Virus record (IMG/VR): IMGVR_UViG_3300045988_089199
Location: 1 to 64,000 of that record
Reading direction: 5' to 3' (one strand)
Length of the DNA: 64,000 bases
Source: a virus
In this document: positions 40,540 to 51,172 of the stretch, piece after piece
Layout of the letters: the number at the start of each line of letters is the position of its first letter
How positions within the stretch are numbered: position 1 is the stretch's first letter
Made by a program: the position numbers and the translations under genes
The notes under the pieces: model-generated
Told to the model about the DNA's origin: nothing
The model's database searches: none
What the model saw: the letters and a program-made list of their open reading frames with translations, nothing else

Positions 40540-42660
40540 CTATTTACCACGTATTGTACCATTACTTACTGTTAATGTTATTTGTTTTGATGCACCTGAG
40601 TGAGAAGTGGCAGTAATTATTACCTCACCATTAGCACCTGCATAAGTACTACATAGTCCACTATGTACCCAAACTAGGTCTGAATTATTAGATGACCATG
40701 TTAATGATTTATTGATGCAATTATCGTTAAAAGTAGGTCGTACCATACAGTTATGTGAGTTATCATTCCAATCCATAGCTGTTAGCGTAAAATCACTAGA
40801 ATTTAATACCACATTATCAGTACTTAGTGGATAATATTTTACCCAGTCTACATATTGAGTTATTTCAGTGGTATTACTATCAGGAGTACCTCCACTAGCA
40901 CCAATTGCTTGATTAAGTAATATAAAGTGTGGTATATGGAATGCTCTATTATCAGTAGCACTTGTTCTTGATAATTCATGTCCGTCAATAGAGAAAATTA
41001 GACTACCATCTGTTTTCCACTCCATTGCAAATTCATGCCAGTCACCAGTTGGATAATTGTTATACCATACACGTCCGCTTTCTTCTTTTTCATTAAAGAA
41101 TGTACCACAAGTTAATTTTCCGTTATAGAATTCCATTACGTCAAACTCACCACAATATGCCCACCATTCACCTAAAGTATCAGGATTACCATTTTCTTTA
41201 TATCCAAATTCAAAACTATCTCCTAGAGTCCAAAATGCACCAAATGCTCCATTATAATTACAAGCTCTAACTCTAGCAACTATTTTACCATACATAAAAG
41301 CAAAATGTCCTTTGGAAATTATAGACGCAGAAGTCCAAGAACCGTCACTTGCTTTTTTACCTCTTAAGGCTAATATTCCGTCGTTAACTTCAGCATTTGT
41401 ATTTGTATATTTTTGAGTTTCACCATTTCTTACATATCCTAATTCATATGACCATTTATTAGAATCTACTGTATTACTTGAAAAGTCATCTATAACGTAA
41501 GCACCATCACTATCTAATAATCCACCTGTACTTCCACCGGAAGAAGATTTTGTAAGTGTACCTGTTACTTGCGTATTATCACTTGTACCACATATTCTAA
41601 TATATGAAGCACTTGCTGGGATATTAATTGTTGTTGATAATGAACCAACTGACCAGTCTGGTGTATTATTTTCTATAAATCCTCCTGAATCATTACCTAA
41701 ATAAGTATCACTACTATTATAGAAACATACACAAACATAACTTACAGGATTTAAATCAAGCGTATATTTTCCGGATGGAGTTACTGCTATTTTATCAACT
41801 GTACTATAGTATTTTCCATCTGTAGTATCCGTAACTACACCGTTATCTAATTTTTTATATTGAGTGAAAGTTAATCCACTATTATCCACTAATGTAACTG
41901 TAAATATATTACTTGTCTTAGTTGTACCCTTAGCAGTTGTAACTCTTATAGCCATATTATATGTTCCCGCATTCGCTTTATCATCATGTAAAAACTTATG
42001 GTTATTCCCACTAGACGTAACTTCACTAGTTTTATCGTAGAATGTATGTCCACCATCCCATGATACCTCATGTTTTACTACTGCTATATTTGTAGTATAT
42101 TCGATATAGAATGATGTTTTAGTGTTTTGTGTTATGTTTGATATATTACTTATAGTTAATGTTTCAGGTGGAGTACTTTGTTCGATAGCTTTAGCAGTTA
42201 TTACTATATTTCCAGTAACTTCACTAATAGTTATAGTATCACCACTTACTACACTACTTGTTATATCTGTACCACCCATAGTAACTTTTATAGTTGATAG
42301 ATTATATCCACTATCAGGAGTTATAGTAGCAACATACATCCTATTAGCTTTTATAGAGTTAAGAGTATTACTAGTAGTACAATTAGTTAAATTATTAGTT
42401 ATTGTATAAGTAGTAGGAGTAGTTCCTCCACCACTCTCAGTATATACACATTTTAATTTACAATTATCATATGTTCCATTACTCCAACTACTAACGTTAA
42501 AAACGGCGCTAGTACTGTTAAATGAAGTAGCACTCGTATAAGTATCACCTCCATCCTTACTAATTAGTATATCTGAAATATTGGTAGCATCCGTTGTAAA
42601 ATTGACTGTTAATGTATCTCCAGTTGTACTGGGATTACTTGAAACTGTTATACTTGCCAT
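40540..42660 (-). CDS. tail-associated protein with a GH16-type glucanase domain and C-terminal Big_2 domain
   Basis: ExDxxE catalytic motif GEFDVMEF (41131..41148) within a concanavalin-like segment (about 40816..41508). Ig-like repeats at the N-terminus and a Big_2-like C-terminus. Confidence 0.6.
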   Translation of the reverse strand: MASITVSSNPSTTGDTLTVNFTTDATNISDILISKDGGDTYTSATSFNSTSAVFNVSSWSNGTYDNCKLKCVYTESGGGTTPTTYTITNNLTNCTTSNTLNSIKANRMYVATITPDSGYNLSTIKVTMGGTDITSSVVSGDTITISEVTGNIVITAKAIEQSTPPETLTISNISNITQNTKTSFYIEYTTNIAVVKHEVSWDGGHTFYDKTSEVTSSGNNHKFLHDDKANAGTYNMAIRVTTAKGTTKTSNIFTVTLVDNSGLTFTQYKKLDNGVVTDTTDGKYYSTVDKIAVTPSGKYTLDLNPVSYVCVCFYNSSDTYLGNDSGGFIENNTPDWSVGSLSTTINIPASASYIRICGTSDNTQVTGTLTKSSSGGSTGGLLDSDGAYVIDDFSSNTVDSNKWSYELGYVRNGETQKYTNTNAEVNDGILALRGKKASDGSWTSASIISKGHFAFMYGKIVARVRACNYNGAFGAFWTLGDSFEFGYKENGNPDTLGEWWAYCGEFDVMEFYNGKLTCGTFFNEKEESGRVWYNNYPTGDWHEFAMEWKTDGSLIFSIDGHELSRTSATDNRAFHIPHFILLNQAIGASGGTPDSNTTEITQYVDWVKYYPLSTDNVVLNSSDFTLTAMDWNDNSHNCMVRPTFNDNCINKSLTWSSNNSDLVWVHSGLCSTYAGANGEVIITATSHSGASKQITLTVSNGTIRGK

Positions 42661-42676
42661 TTTATTACCTCCTTAC

Positions 42677-44371
42677 TTAATCACACGTAGTTACTAAACA
42701 CTCTTTACTAAGTATTATAGTGTAACCATCTAAATTTTGAATTGACTCTTTTATTTGGTTTAATCCATCTTTTGTTGCATATGTATCACTAACTGTCATT
42801 TTAAACCCATCCAATGATTGTTCTAATTTTGACTGCTTACTAGTTACATCTTTTACATTTGTTTCTAATTTCCCAATTGTAGTTGTATGTTTATCGACGG
42901 TATCTTTTGTACTGTTATATTCGTCTTTTAACTGTGTCACAGTTCCATCTGTCTTAGTAATAGTAGTGTTACTAATTAATTGACTGATTTGTCCTTGTGC
43001 CACACTAATATTAGTTGTATTAGTGGTCACTTGTTCTATTACGCTACTTAAGTCCCCATCTACAGTAATATCCTTAATTGTATCAACGGTTTTTTTAAGT
43101 TTATTGAATGATACGTCCAATGTTTGTTCGGTATCATCAAATTTAATATGACTGGCTTTTATGGTATTTGTGTTATTGTTTATACTACTGATAACACTAC
43201 TAATATCCAATTTACTACCTGCAATATTGGCGTTATCAGCTACTTTAGCATCTACTATTAATCCATCCTTAATCGCATCACTTGATTGAATACCATTCTG
43301 ATTAATAAGTTGCCCTTTACCGGTTTCATCATATAATACAAATGTAAAATTACCTTTAGCATCTTTTCCTATTTGAATACGTACATTGCCTTTGTCGTCT
43401 TTGAACTGTTGCAAGTTACCTTGTAATAACATACTTCCATCTTTTGATTGTATTTGCACATTATTTGTATTAAGAATACCTGTATTAATTTTATTGGCAC
43501 TAACAGTATCAATCATAGCATCTTTTATTAATGCATTAGCTATAGTCACTTTATCACTTGTTAATACTAAAGAGTGGATATTATCCATAGTTAAGTTTCC
43601 ACCTATTAGCGTTTGTATCTGTGCTACTGTAGCTTTTAAGTTAGTGATAGTCGCATTAATAGCATCTAAATCGCCAACTTTTAAGTTATCTATTTTAGCA
43701 TTAACTGCCGTAAAATTTTTAGTAGTAAGATCTTTGAACTCACCGTAATCGGCTTTTATTTTCTGTGCTTCCAATTCTACTACTTTTAATTTTGGTACAC
43801 TCTCTCCATCTAATAATAAATTACCTTCATCATCTATATATAGCCATGGAGCCTTTCCATCTTTTGTAAGTGTCTCCAACAGTTCTTGTAAATTTTGTGG
43901 AATTTTAGTATCAGGGTCAGTTTGTAATACTTTAGTTTCAGGGTCACCGCATAGATCAGTTATAGTTTGCTTAGCAGTTTGCAGGTTGTTAGTTGCATCT
44001 TGTAGTTCTGCACTCATTGTTTCAGTCATTTCTTCCGTGCTCAACGCTTGAGTTAATATACCAACAATTATATCCATAGCCTCGTTATAATCTTCACCGG
44101 CTTGTTGAATATCTCCTATTTTAGCATCTTGACATTCTTCATCTTCTATACTCTCAACTTGTACATCAATTCTATCTTGGTCATCTTCTACAGTGTCGGG
44201 TACTTCATAATACGTATCATCTTCTGTAGTATCGTCAGAAGTAGCTACAGTAGCTACTTCTGATTCCTCTGCAAATTCTTCCATATCATCATCTAGTGTT
44301 GGCCACACAATCATCTCACCGTCATCATCATATATGGGTCTATCAACATGCTCTTGTCCGTCACCAACCAT
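42677..44371 (-). CDS. tail fibre/baseplate coiled-coil protein with acidic N-terminus
   Basis: 564 aa, with an Asp/Glu-rich first 100 aa followed by long heptad-like segments. Confidence 0.45.
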   Translation of the reverse strand: MVGDGQEHVDRPIYDDDGEMIVWPTLDDDMEEFAEESEVATVATSDDTTEDDTYYEVPDTVEDDQDRIDVQVESIEDEECQDAKIGDIQQAGEDYNEAMDIIVGILTQALSTEEMTETMSAELQDATNNLQTAKQTITDLCGDPETKVLQTDPDTKIPQNLQELLETLTKDGKAPWLYIDDEGNLLLDGESVPKLKVVELEAQKIKADYGEFKDLTTKNFTAVNAKIDNLKVGDLDAINATITNLKATVAQIQTLIGGNLTMDNIHSLVLTSDKVTIANALIKDAMIDTVSANKINTGILNTNNVQIQSKDGSMLLQGNLQQFKDDKGNVRIQIGKDAKGNFTFVLYDETGKGQLINQNGIQSSDAIKDGLIVDAKVADNANIAGSKLDISSVISSINNNTNTIKASHIKFDDTEQTLDVSFNKLKKTVDTIKDITVDGDLSSVIEQVTTNTTNISVAQGQISQLISNTTITKTDGTVTQLKDEYNSTKDTVDKHTTTIGKLETNVKDVTSKQSKLEQSLDGFKMTVSDTYATKDGLNQIKESIQNLDGYTIILSKECLVTTCD

Positions 44372-44382
44372 ATTAATCCCTC

Positions 44383-47300
44383 CTATCCTATCATAAATCT
44401 ACCTACAAATAATATATTTTTACTTGCAAGTTCTTTTACTTTTACTTTTCTAAATACACCATTGGTTAAACCATTTGTGCACTCAAGTGCCACATAATCT
44501 CCGGCTTTGTCTTTTTCTATTACTATTGCAGTATGGGATATAGCCATAAATTCACCATTATTTTTACTGTCTGCATCCATAAATATAATATCACCAATCG
44601 CTAAATTCTTAAATGTTTCTAAATCTGCCACATCTACTACCCAATTCTTTTGCACAAAATATTTTCCTATGTTAGCTTCATTTCTAGTGCTTGGAATTGC
44701 CCAGCTAACATCACTATTTCTATTATTATTAGTTTTCTTTTCGTTGCCATATGGAGATTTTTCATAAGTCCATCCAGTTAAAACGTAGTTAAGAAAACAA
44801 CTATCGTCTATTTGGTACTTATTATTCACCTTCCATTTACTGATATTTTCGGCTGGGTTTTTAAAGTCACAAGGAGTAGTGGCATTATACTTAAACTTAC
44901 TATTATTATTGTAGTAACTGTTGGCAATTTTAACTAAATCTGCAGAATATTTGAATAGTGGTTGTGCGTAATTGCTGCCTTTTTTCTTAGCTCCGACACT
45001 TCCTAAATACGCTTTATCACTAATAGTAGTATCTGGATTATAATACACAGATATAATATAAGTAGTATTTTCCTTCGGTAATAGTACTCCGTTCTTACAG
45101 TCTACACCTTCTAAATATACACTGTCAGGTTGAATTAACTTGAATCCTTTTGCAGTAGTGAAAACAATACGTGCATAATAACTATCATTGTAGTTAGTGG
45201 ATGAAGTTGCTGGCACCCTAAATTGTAGTTTTTTCAATGGTTTATTATAAGTATATACACGTTGACTATCTAACATCTTATTACTAGTTGCACTGTCGCT
45301 CTCCCATTCTGCTCCTTCTCCAAAGTATAATATCTTCTTCTTATATTCTTTGTAATAAGTCTGAGTAGATGCTTTGTCTTTCATTCTATATCCGTCAGTA
45401 GTTAAACTACTTAACCAATAGTGATTATCTGTTGTATCACACATATCCTTTGGTTTCTTTAGAAATATTACATATTTTGTCTTGTTACAGTAGTCTAACA
45501 TCATAGTATTAAGTGAGTCTATAGCCTCATTCATTTGCTGATAATTACCAGATTGAGAACTTCTTAAGCGAGGTTCTTGACATACAAATATAGGTTTCTT
45601 TGGATACTTTTTCAATAGTGCTTTTATAAGTGATTGATAATCTTCCACAACATTATCCACATTATCCCCTAGTGCAGGAACTCCGAAAGCTAGCATTATA
45701 TGACTTACAGTCTTAGGGTATGGCGTTTTGTCTGTAACACCATTTACAGTAATATTAGTAATAAGTTTTCCACCCTCTACAAAATCTTTAGGTGCTGCAC
45801 TATTAAGTCCTTTAAATGTAACTTCATAAGTTGCCCCGTCATCATCGTCTACTATGTCTTTTGGTGGTGTTGGCTTAGTAGCTGATTGATTTTTAACTTT
45901 GGCTTCTTTATCAGCTCTTGCTAAGTCCCAAGGTCTAAGTATTATACCATGTGTATACCAGTGTGTCATACTACCTCTTGAACTATATGTTATACTCATA
46001 TCTTCATATCTTATTGCTCTAGGCCACTTATGGCCCCCACTAGCATGCGCTATCATACGTTTACCATTAACTTTACCACAATATACAACAACGTGGTGAG
46101 TACCGGCTTTGGCATATTTACTATCTCCGCCTGGTTTTGATGCCCACGACACAGTAACATTTGAAGGTACAGTGGCATTACTTAGCATTATTAAGTCACC
46201 AGGTAATAATTCATTAATTGTTGTGCTTGTTAATTTCTTTAGTGTATATCCACTATATTTTGTAGCACTTCTTACAAGAGAACCATATGCACAGTTGGCT
46301 CCACCATATTTTGCAGTTACACTTCTAAGTCCTGCATATAGATAGGCACAACTACTAAGAGAAGAACACACATAACAGTATGGATTTTTAATACCATGTA
46401 TAGTACCACTTACTCTATATCTTTTACTATCGTCGTATATACATGCTCCGCCATAATAAGTAGCTTTTTTATACTTTTGGTGTAGGTCACAAATTTCTCT
46501 AGCCTTATTGACTATTTTCTTTCTAACATTTTCAGCAACACCCTTTTTATTTGTAGTGTTACCTTCTATTTTCCATGTAGGAGCATTCTTAACACTTGCA
46601 GCTCTAGTCATAGATGACTCTGTTGATACGGCAGTAGCTTCCGCACTCTTATTTGATGTGCCTGGTTTTATTGCTCCATAACCTCTTTTTTGGCCTTTAC
46701 TATCAATACAGTATGGTAATTGACCGTCTACTATCTTGTACCATCTAAGGTAACCTTCAATATTTTCTATAGTACCCCATCCAGTAACTTGTTTATATTT
46801 TTTTCTATAATTTTTCCACGGTGCCTGCATAGTGTCTATTACTTCCCAGTATTTCTTTTTAACTGCTGCGGATTGTTTATATAATAATGCACTTTTTCCG
46901 TTATTAGTTACAACTATATTTAGTTTGTATCTATCTTTTATATAGTGCATAACCACCCATTGAAAACCACCTACTCCAAAGTTATATCCTACTAATGAAG
47001 CAAATATATTAAAATGGTAGTCTTCCAATCTGGCTCTCATCTCATTACACCCAACCATTATTTGGTTGCATATAGCTTTATCTACTTTTACTCCATTTAT
47101 TATTTTAGTTCCACACGATTTTGGTTTCATATTGGAATAACTCGGTGTAAAGTATTCAACTTTTCCGTCTAAATATTTAATTTTCATTTTCTTATTAAAA
47201 TATGTACCACGTTCACATTGCATAAGACCATAACCACCTGTTGGGTCTTTTGTAGCATCATATGGGTTGGCACTAGACTCAGCATACATCATAGCATAAA

Positions 47301-48951
47301 CTAGTTGTGGATCAAGTCCAAATTTTTTACTATAATATTCAACTGGTGCGTATATTTTCCAATGGTTAGATTTACTTCTCATATTTCTAACATCACTATA
47401 TTTATCACTCCATTTACCTAGTCCAAATCCTGCATAATAATCTACGGCTGCTTTGTATTGTTTTGCAGTTTTACTACTATCTTCTTTTTTATCAGGTTGT
47501 GGTTGAGTAGTAGGTGTTTTACCTTTTATTTCTCCACATTTGTATTTTATACAGTCATGAATTCTACTATCTCCTAACCATAATCCATTGTCTATTTTCT
47601 TTATATTTATTGATCTATAATCTTCTGTGTCATCACTTATGTTGGTTGTATCATCACCAGGTTTTATAGGGTCTGGCACTACTTTGTCTGTATATTGTTT
47701 AATAAGTTTGTCTATTAATTTTTTATCCACGCCTAGTTGGTTAAGGTAATTTCTAATTGCAAGTAAGTCACTAGCTGTTAATTTACCGTGTTTTTTAATA
47801 ATGTCTACTACGTCATTGACTATATCATCTTTATTTAATGACTTCATCTTACTACGTATTTGTTTATAATTTCCTAGAGTTACACTATTTTTAGAACGGT
47901 CAGTAAAACTAATTTCAAATTTTGTAATACGTGCTTCTAACTGAATTGGAGGATTAAATTTTCTACTTACAACGTAGTTAGTATCACCAACATCAATTTC
48001 CTCATAGTCACGTTCAGTCATATATACAGGAATTTCATAACTGAATTTAGTTTTGTTTAACTCTTTTAGTTTGGCATACCCTTCGTGTATTAATGTGTAT
48101 ATATCATCAGCATCACTTTTGTATTTCATTAATACATATTTCCCACCATTATTAAGCATTTCATGTGCCTTTTCATCAAATATATAATTTTGTCCTAGTG
48201 GTTTATTTGTTGGGTCTCCTTGTTCCTTTTCCCATTTTACATCACTAATAGTAAGTCCATTTTTACCTACTGGAATAATACCGCTACAAAAGTTTGTAAT
48301 ATCTCCGGTACGTTTCATTCCATAACTATTTCTATCACTCTCAAAACGTTTATATCTCTTAGTACCTCTCTCACCATTAGCAAAACAATCTACATAAAAG
48401 TCAAATTTACCTCTTTTTATGTCCACTGGCACTGTTCTAAATTGCCACTCACATTCGTATAAAATTGAAGTGGCGTTTTGTATAACTGAGTATACACTAG
48501 TAACCTCTGTAGCTTCTACCCTAAAGGCTTCCTCGTCTAATGATGGACTTACATACCCTACCTTGTAATTAGTATCCATTAATATAGTTTCCAATAGTTT
48601 TGTGGCTGTGCCGTCTGCAACGAATTTATCTACATAGCTATTATATAGTTCAATCCCTATAAACTCAGCATATACAGTAATAGTTACGTCGTCTATGTGC
48701 TCAATACTAGTAGTCTTTTTAATTTGCATAAGTTTAAACTTGTCCTGCCAGTAAAATCCAATATAGTTACCTTCTAAAAATATTGGTTGATCTTGATAAC
48801 TTACTTTAAAAGAGGCTGTATAAGTTTCAGCCCCTGTTAAAAGTTCACTAGTATAAGTATCATCATAAACTTTAATATTATTTGTGTTTGTGGTATTTAT
48901 AAGTTTTAGTAATTTTTTATTATTGTCGAAAATATATAAGTTTTTATTCAT
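44383..48951 (-). CDS. tail-associated lysin (Tal) with SLT and two NlpC/P60-like domains
   Basis: Start at MNKNLYIF after AAGGAGG. N-terminal Tal-like fold. SLT motif MMYAESSANPYD..GGYGLMQ (about 46933..47340). Cys..His peptidase-like segment CYVCSS..GTHHVVVY (about 45928..46515). Second DDSC..ISHTAIV segment in the last 150 aa. Confidence 0.75.
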   Translation of the reverse strand: MNKNLYIFDNNKKLLKLINTTNTNNIKVYDDTYTSELLTGAETYTASFKVSYQDQPIFLEGNYIGFYWQDKFKLMQIKKTTSIEHIDDVTITVYAEFIGIELYNSYVDKFVADGTATKLLETILMDTNYKVGYVSPSLDEEAFRVEATEVTSVYSVIQNATSILYECEWQFRTVPVDIKRGKFDFYVDCFANGERGTKRYKRFESDRNSYGMKRTGDITNFCSGIIPVGKNGLTISDVKWEKEQGDPTNKPLGQNYIFDEKAHEMLNNGGKYVLMKYKSDADDIYTLIHEGYAKLKELNKTKFSYEIPVYMTERDYEEIDVGDTNYVVSRKFNPPIQLEARITKFEISFTDRSKNSVTLGNYKQIRSKMKSLNKDDIVNDVVDIIKKHGKLTASDLLAIRNYLNQLGVDKKLIDKLIKQYTDKVVPDPIKPGDDTTNISDDTEDYRSINIKKIDNGLWLGDSRIHDCIKYKCGEIKGKTPTTQPQPDKKEDSSKTAKQYKAAVDYYAGFGLGKWSDKYSDVRNMRSKSNHWKIYAPVEYYSKKFGLDPQLVYAMMYAESSANPYDATKDPTGGYGLMQCERGTYFNKKMKIKYLDGKVEYFTPSYSNMKPKSCGTKIINGVKVDKAICNQIMVGCNEMRARLEDYHFNIFASLVGYNFGVGGFQWVVMHYIKDRYKLNIVVTNNGKSALLYKQSAAVKKKYWEVIDTMQAPWKNYRKKYKQVTGWGTIENIEGYLRWYKIVDGQLPYCIDSKGQKRGYGAIKPGTSNKSAEATAVSTESSMTRAASVKNAPTWKIEGNTTNKKGVAENVRKKIVNKAREICDLHQKYKKATYYGGACIYDDSKRYRVSGTIHGIKNPYCYVCSSLSSCAYLYAGLRSVTAKYGGANCAYGSLVRSATKYSGYTLKKLTSTTINELLPGDLIMLSNATVPSNVTVSWASKPGGDSKYAKAGTHHVVVYCGKVNGKRMIAHASGGHKWPRAIRYEDMSITYSSRGSMTHWYTHGIILRPWDLARADKEAKVKNQSATKPTPPKDIVDDDDGATYEVTFKGLNSAAPKDFVEGGKLITNITVNGVTDKTPYPKTVSHIMLAFGVPALGDNVDNVVEDYQSLIKALLKKYPKKPIFVCQEPRLRSSQSGNYQQMNEAIDSLNTMMLDYCNKTKYVIFLKKPKDMCDTTDNHYWLSSLTTDGYRMKDKASTQTYYKEYKKKILYFGEGAEWESDSATSNKMLDSQRVYTYNKPLKKLQFRVPATSSTNYNDSYYARIVFTTAKGFKLIQPDSVYLEGVDCKNGVLLPKENTTYIISVYYNPDTTISDKAYLGSVGAKKKGSNYAQPLFKYSADLVKIANSYYNNNSKFKYNATTPCDFKNPAENISKWKVNNKYQIDDSCFLNYVLTGWTYEKSPYGNEKKTNNNRNSDVSWAIPSTRNEANIGKYFVQKNWVVDVADLETFKNLAIGDIIFMDADSKNNGEFMAISHTAIVIEKDKAGDYVALECTNGLTNGVFRKVKVKELASKNILFVGRFMIG

Positions 48952-48964
48952 CCAAAATACCTCC

Positions 48965-51172
48965 TTACTCACTAGTTAAATTTAAATTTTGTGGCGGGGT
49001 ACTTCTATCCTCGTCTACCACGCCTAACCATTTTTCCCTTACTAATACACCTAAACTAGCTGACTTATCATCACTGACTACTTGTAATGTAGTTTCCCCT
49101 TCGTCTACAGTAAAGTATATACTGCCTATGTCCACCAAATCATTTCTTAATTCGTTGTTTAAATAACAGTCACCATTCTCAAAATCCAAGTCTAATTTAT
49201 CACCGCTCTCAAAGTATTTTACATTAACTTGCTCCTCACTTTCCGGGCTCAGGTCATATACTCTTATATCACTAATACCAACACCACAAGCATTTTCTAA
49301 ACTGTCGGCCATTGTACCTATATATATTGCTAAGTAACTTAATGCATTAGTGGAAAACTCACTGCTACGTTTGTTATTAGCTGATATAGACTGAGTAAAT
49401 TTCCCATCATCATTCTTTTGTATCTGTGCACTATATACATAGTTTTTACCGGTTTTCTTTCTAGTTAATGTAAAGTAAGCGTTGGCATCATTCCAGGTAC
49501 CGTGTTTACCACTCATATAATGGTTAGTAACAATTTTACCATTATTATCAACTGTTTGATCAGTTTTTTCCTTTGGTTTATCATTACTTGTAATTAATAT
49601 GGATTTTTTACTAACACTTACCTCTGCTTGGTTATATTCGAAGTAAGGGTTAATATCACCTAAATACAATCTAAATATTTGAGTACCATTAACATCAAAA
49701 CCATACACCTCGGCTATTCCGGTTTTATGGTCTGCATATGCTGGGTCATCACTATAATCAACACTATTATCCATTGCTGCTGCGCCTTTAAGGTTATCTA
49801 CATTTATATATCCATAATGGTTTTTGCCATTTTTATCCTTCCAAGGTTTATATATTCTATAGTATGTTATTGTTTGTGAAGCACTATTAGAATCCTTTGG
49901 TTTATATGTATAGGATCTTTGTATTATTCTAAGTTTTGTACCGTATGGTATAGTACATTCTACCTTACTGCCTGGGTTAGGTTTCGTATATACAACACCA
50001 CTACCACCTGTTAGTGTCTTACTTGGTGTTAGCCACATATTAGCCACTGTGAATTCCTTAACAGTACTTTTAGAATTGTCCTTTACTTTCTTCTTTATAT
50101 ATTTTGCTGATACATAATATGTCTTAGTTTTGTATTTTATCTTTGCCCAGCCATTTTGAATTGTTACATCCGTTAATTTTGTTCCTTTAGGTATAATACC
50201 TTGGGATTTTCCTTTTGTGCTTGGTTGAGTTCTGTAATTAACCCCGTTGGCAGTTACTTCATAGTAAGTAACTTTGCCACCCTCTACTACAGTCTCTTTA
50301 ACTTTTTCCTGCTCACTTAAAACATTGTTAGGGTCACCATTTTTACCACTTGACCTGCATTGCATTCTCACCATAACTTTAAAATCATCAATATTTTTAC
50401 TTAATGCAATACGTGCGCAGGCGCCTTTTATTTTCTCAGTACTACTACCTAATTCACTAAGTATAAAACTTTCACCACCAGAAGATATAGTAAAAGAACC
50501 ACCAGTTCCACGATCAGAATTAATATTTGCTCCACTTTGAATCAATGTACCTACACTGGTGCAAGGGTCATGTAATATTAATGTTTGCTCTTTCTTTGTG
50601 GTACTTAATTCCAAATGCGGATAATCTCCTACTAATATTTTTTCTCCAGTTTTATTATTTTGTAACTGAGCAAAATGTGCATCCGCACCAAATCCTATAC
50701 TCACATATGGAAGAGTTGGTAATTCACCATTGTTTTCCACCACTACAGTCTGTTGGTTATCTTCTGCATTGTATGCCTGCACATTATCACTATAACTATA
50801 AGGTGTATGGCATATTAGTTCAATGTCAGCATAACCACTCATACTATTCTTTTTCTTTACTTTTAGTGCCCCTTTTAACATTCCGTAAATTGTAATATTC
50901 TCACAAAATTTTATCGGCACTTCTTGTTTTGTACTAAGAATATCATGTAAACATTGAACACGAGTTTTATACTCGTTCTCCGTAGCACCTATTATCGCAA
51001 GAGATATAGGAATAGAGATGGGGTCATATTTTGCCCCATCAAATATTTCCCCGTCCCTACTGGAAACACTAATAGTATCAATAGATTTTTCCGGTATATA
51101 TGGTTTCTCTATACTAGTTACTATGGCTAAATCATTAATTTGTGTGCCATTAAAATTGAAATAATTATACAT
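48965..51172 (-). CDS. distal tail protein (Dit) with inserted SH3b-like domains
   Basis: Start at MYNYFNFNGTQ (overlaps the TMP stop; RBS GAGGTGAGAAGG). Dit-like N-terminus. Two SH3_3-like segments (VNYRTQPS..GWAKI and MWLTPSKT..). Confidence 0.65.
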   Translation of the reverse strand: MYNYFNFNGTQINDLAIVTSIEKPYIPEKSIDTISVSSRDGEIFDGAKYDPISIPISLAIIGATENEYKTRVQCLHDILSTKQEVPIKFCENITIYGMLKGALKVKKKNSMSGYADIELICHTPYSYSDNVQAYNAEDNQQTVVVENNGELPTLPYVSIGFGADAHFAQLQNNKTGEKILVGDYPHLELSTTKKEQTLILHDPCTSVGTLIQSGANINSDRGTGGSFTISSGGESFILSELGSSTEKIKGACARIALSKNIDDFKVMVRMQCRSSGKNGDPNNVLSEQEKVKETVVEGGKVTYYEVTANGVNYRTQPSTKGKSQGIIPKGTKLTDVTIQNGWAKIKYKTKTYYVSAKYIKKKVKDNSKSTVKEFTVANMWLTPSKTLTGGSGVVYTKPNPGSKVECTIPYGTKLRIIQRSYTYKPKDSNSASQTITYYRIYKPWKDKNGKNHYGYINVDNLKGAAAMDNSVDYSDDPAYADHKTGIAEVYGFDVNGTQIFRLYLGDINPYFEYNQAEVSVSKKSILITSNDKPKEKTDQTVDNNGKIVTNHYMSGKHGTWNDANAYFTLTRKKTGKNYVYSAQIQKNDDGKFTQSISANNKRSSEFSTNALSYLAIYIGTMADSLENACGVGISDIRVYDLSPESEEQVNVKYFESGDKLDLDFENGDCYLNNELRNDLVDIGSIYFTVDEGETTLQVVSDDKSASLGVLVREKWLGVVDEDRSTPPQNLNLTSE

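Noticed and set aside
32832-44371. A diversity-generating retroelement acting on the fibre genes.
   Set aside because: There is no reverse transcriptase gene in the window, and I saw no template/variable repeat pair with adenine-specific differences. The repeated D..IK.DI peptide motifs are ordinary fibre repeats.
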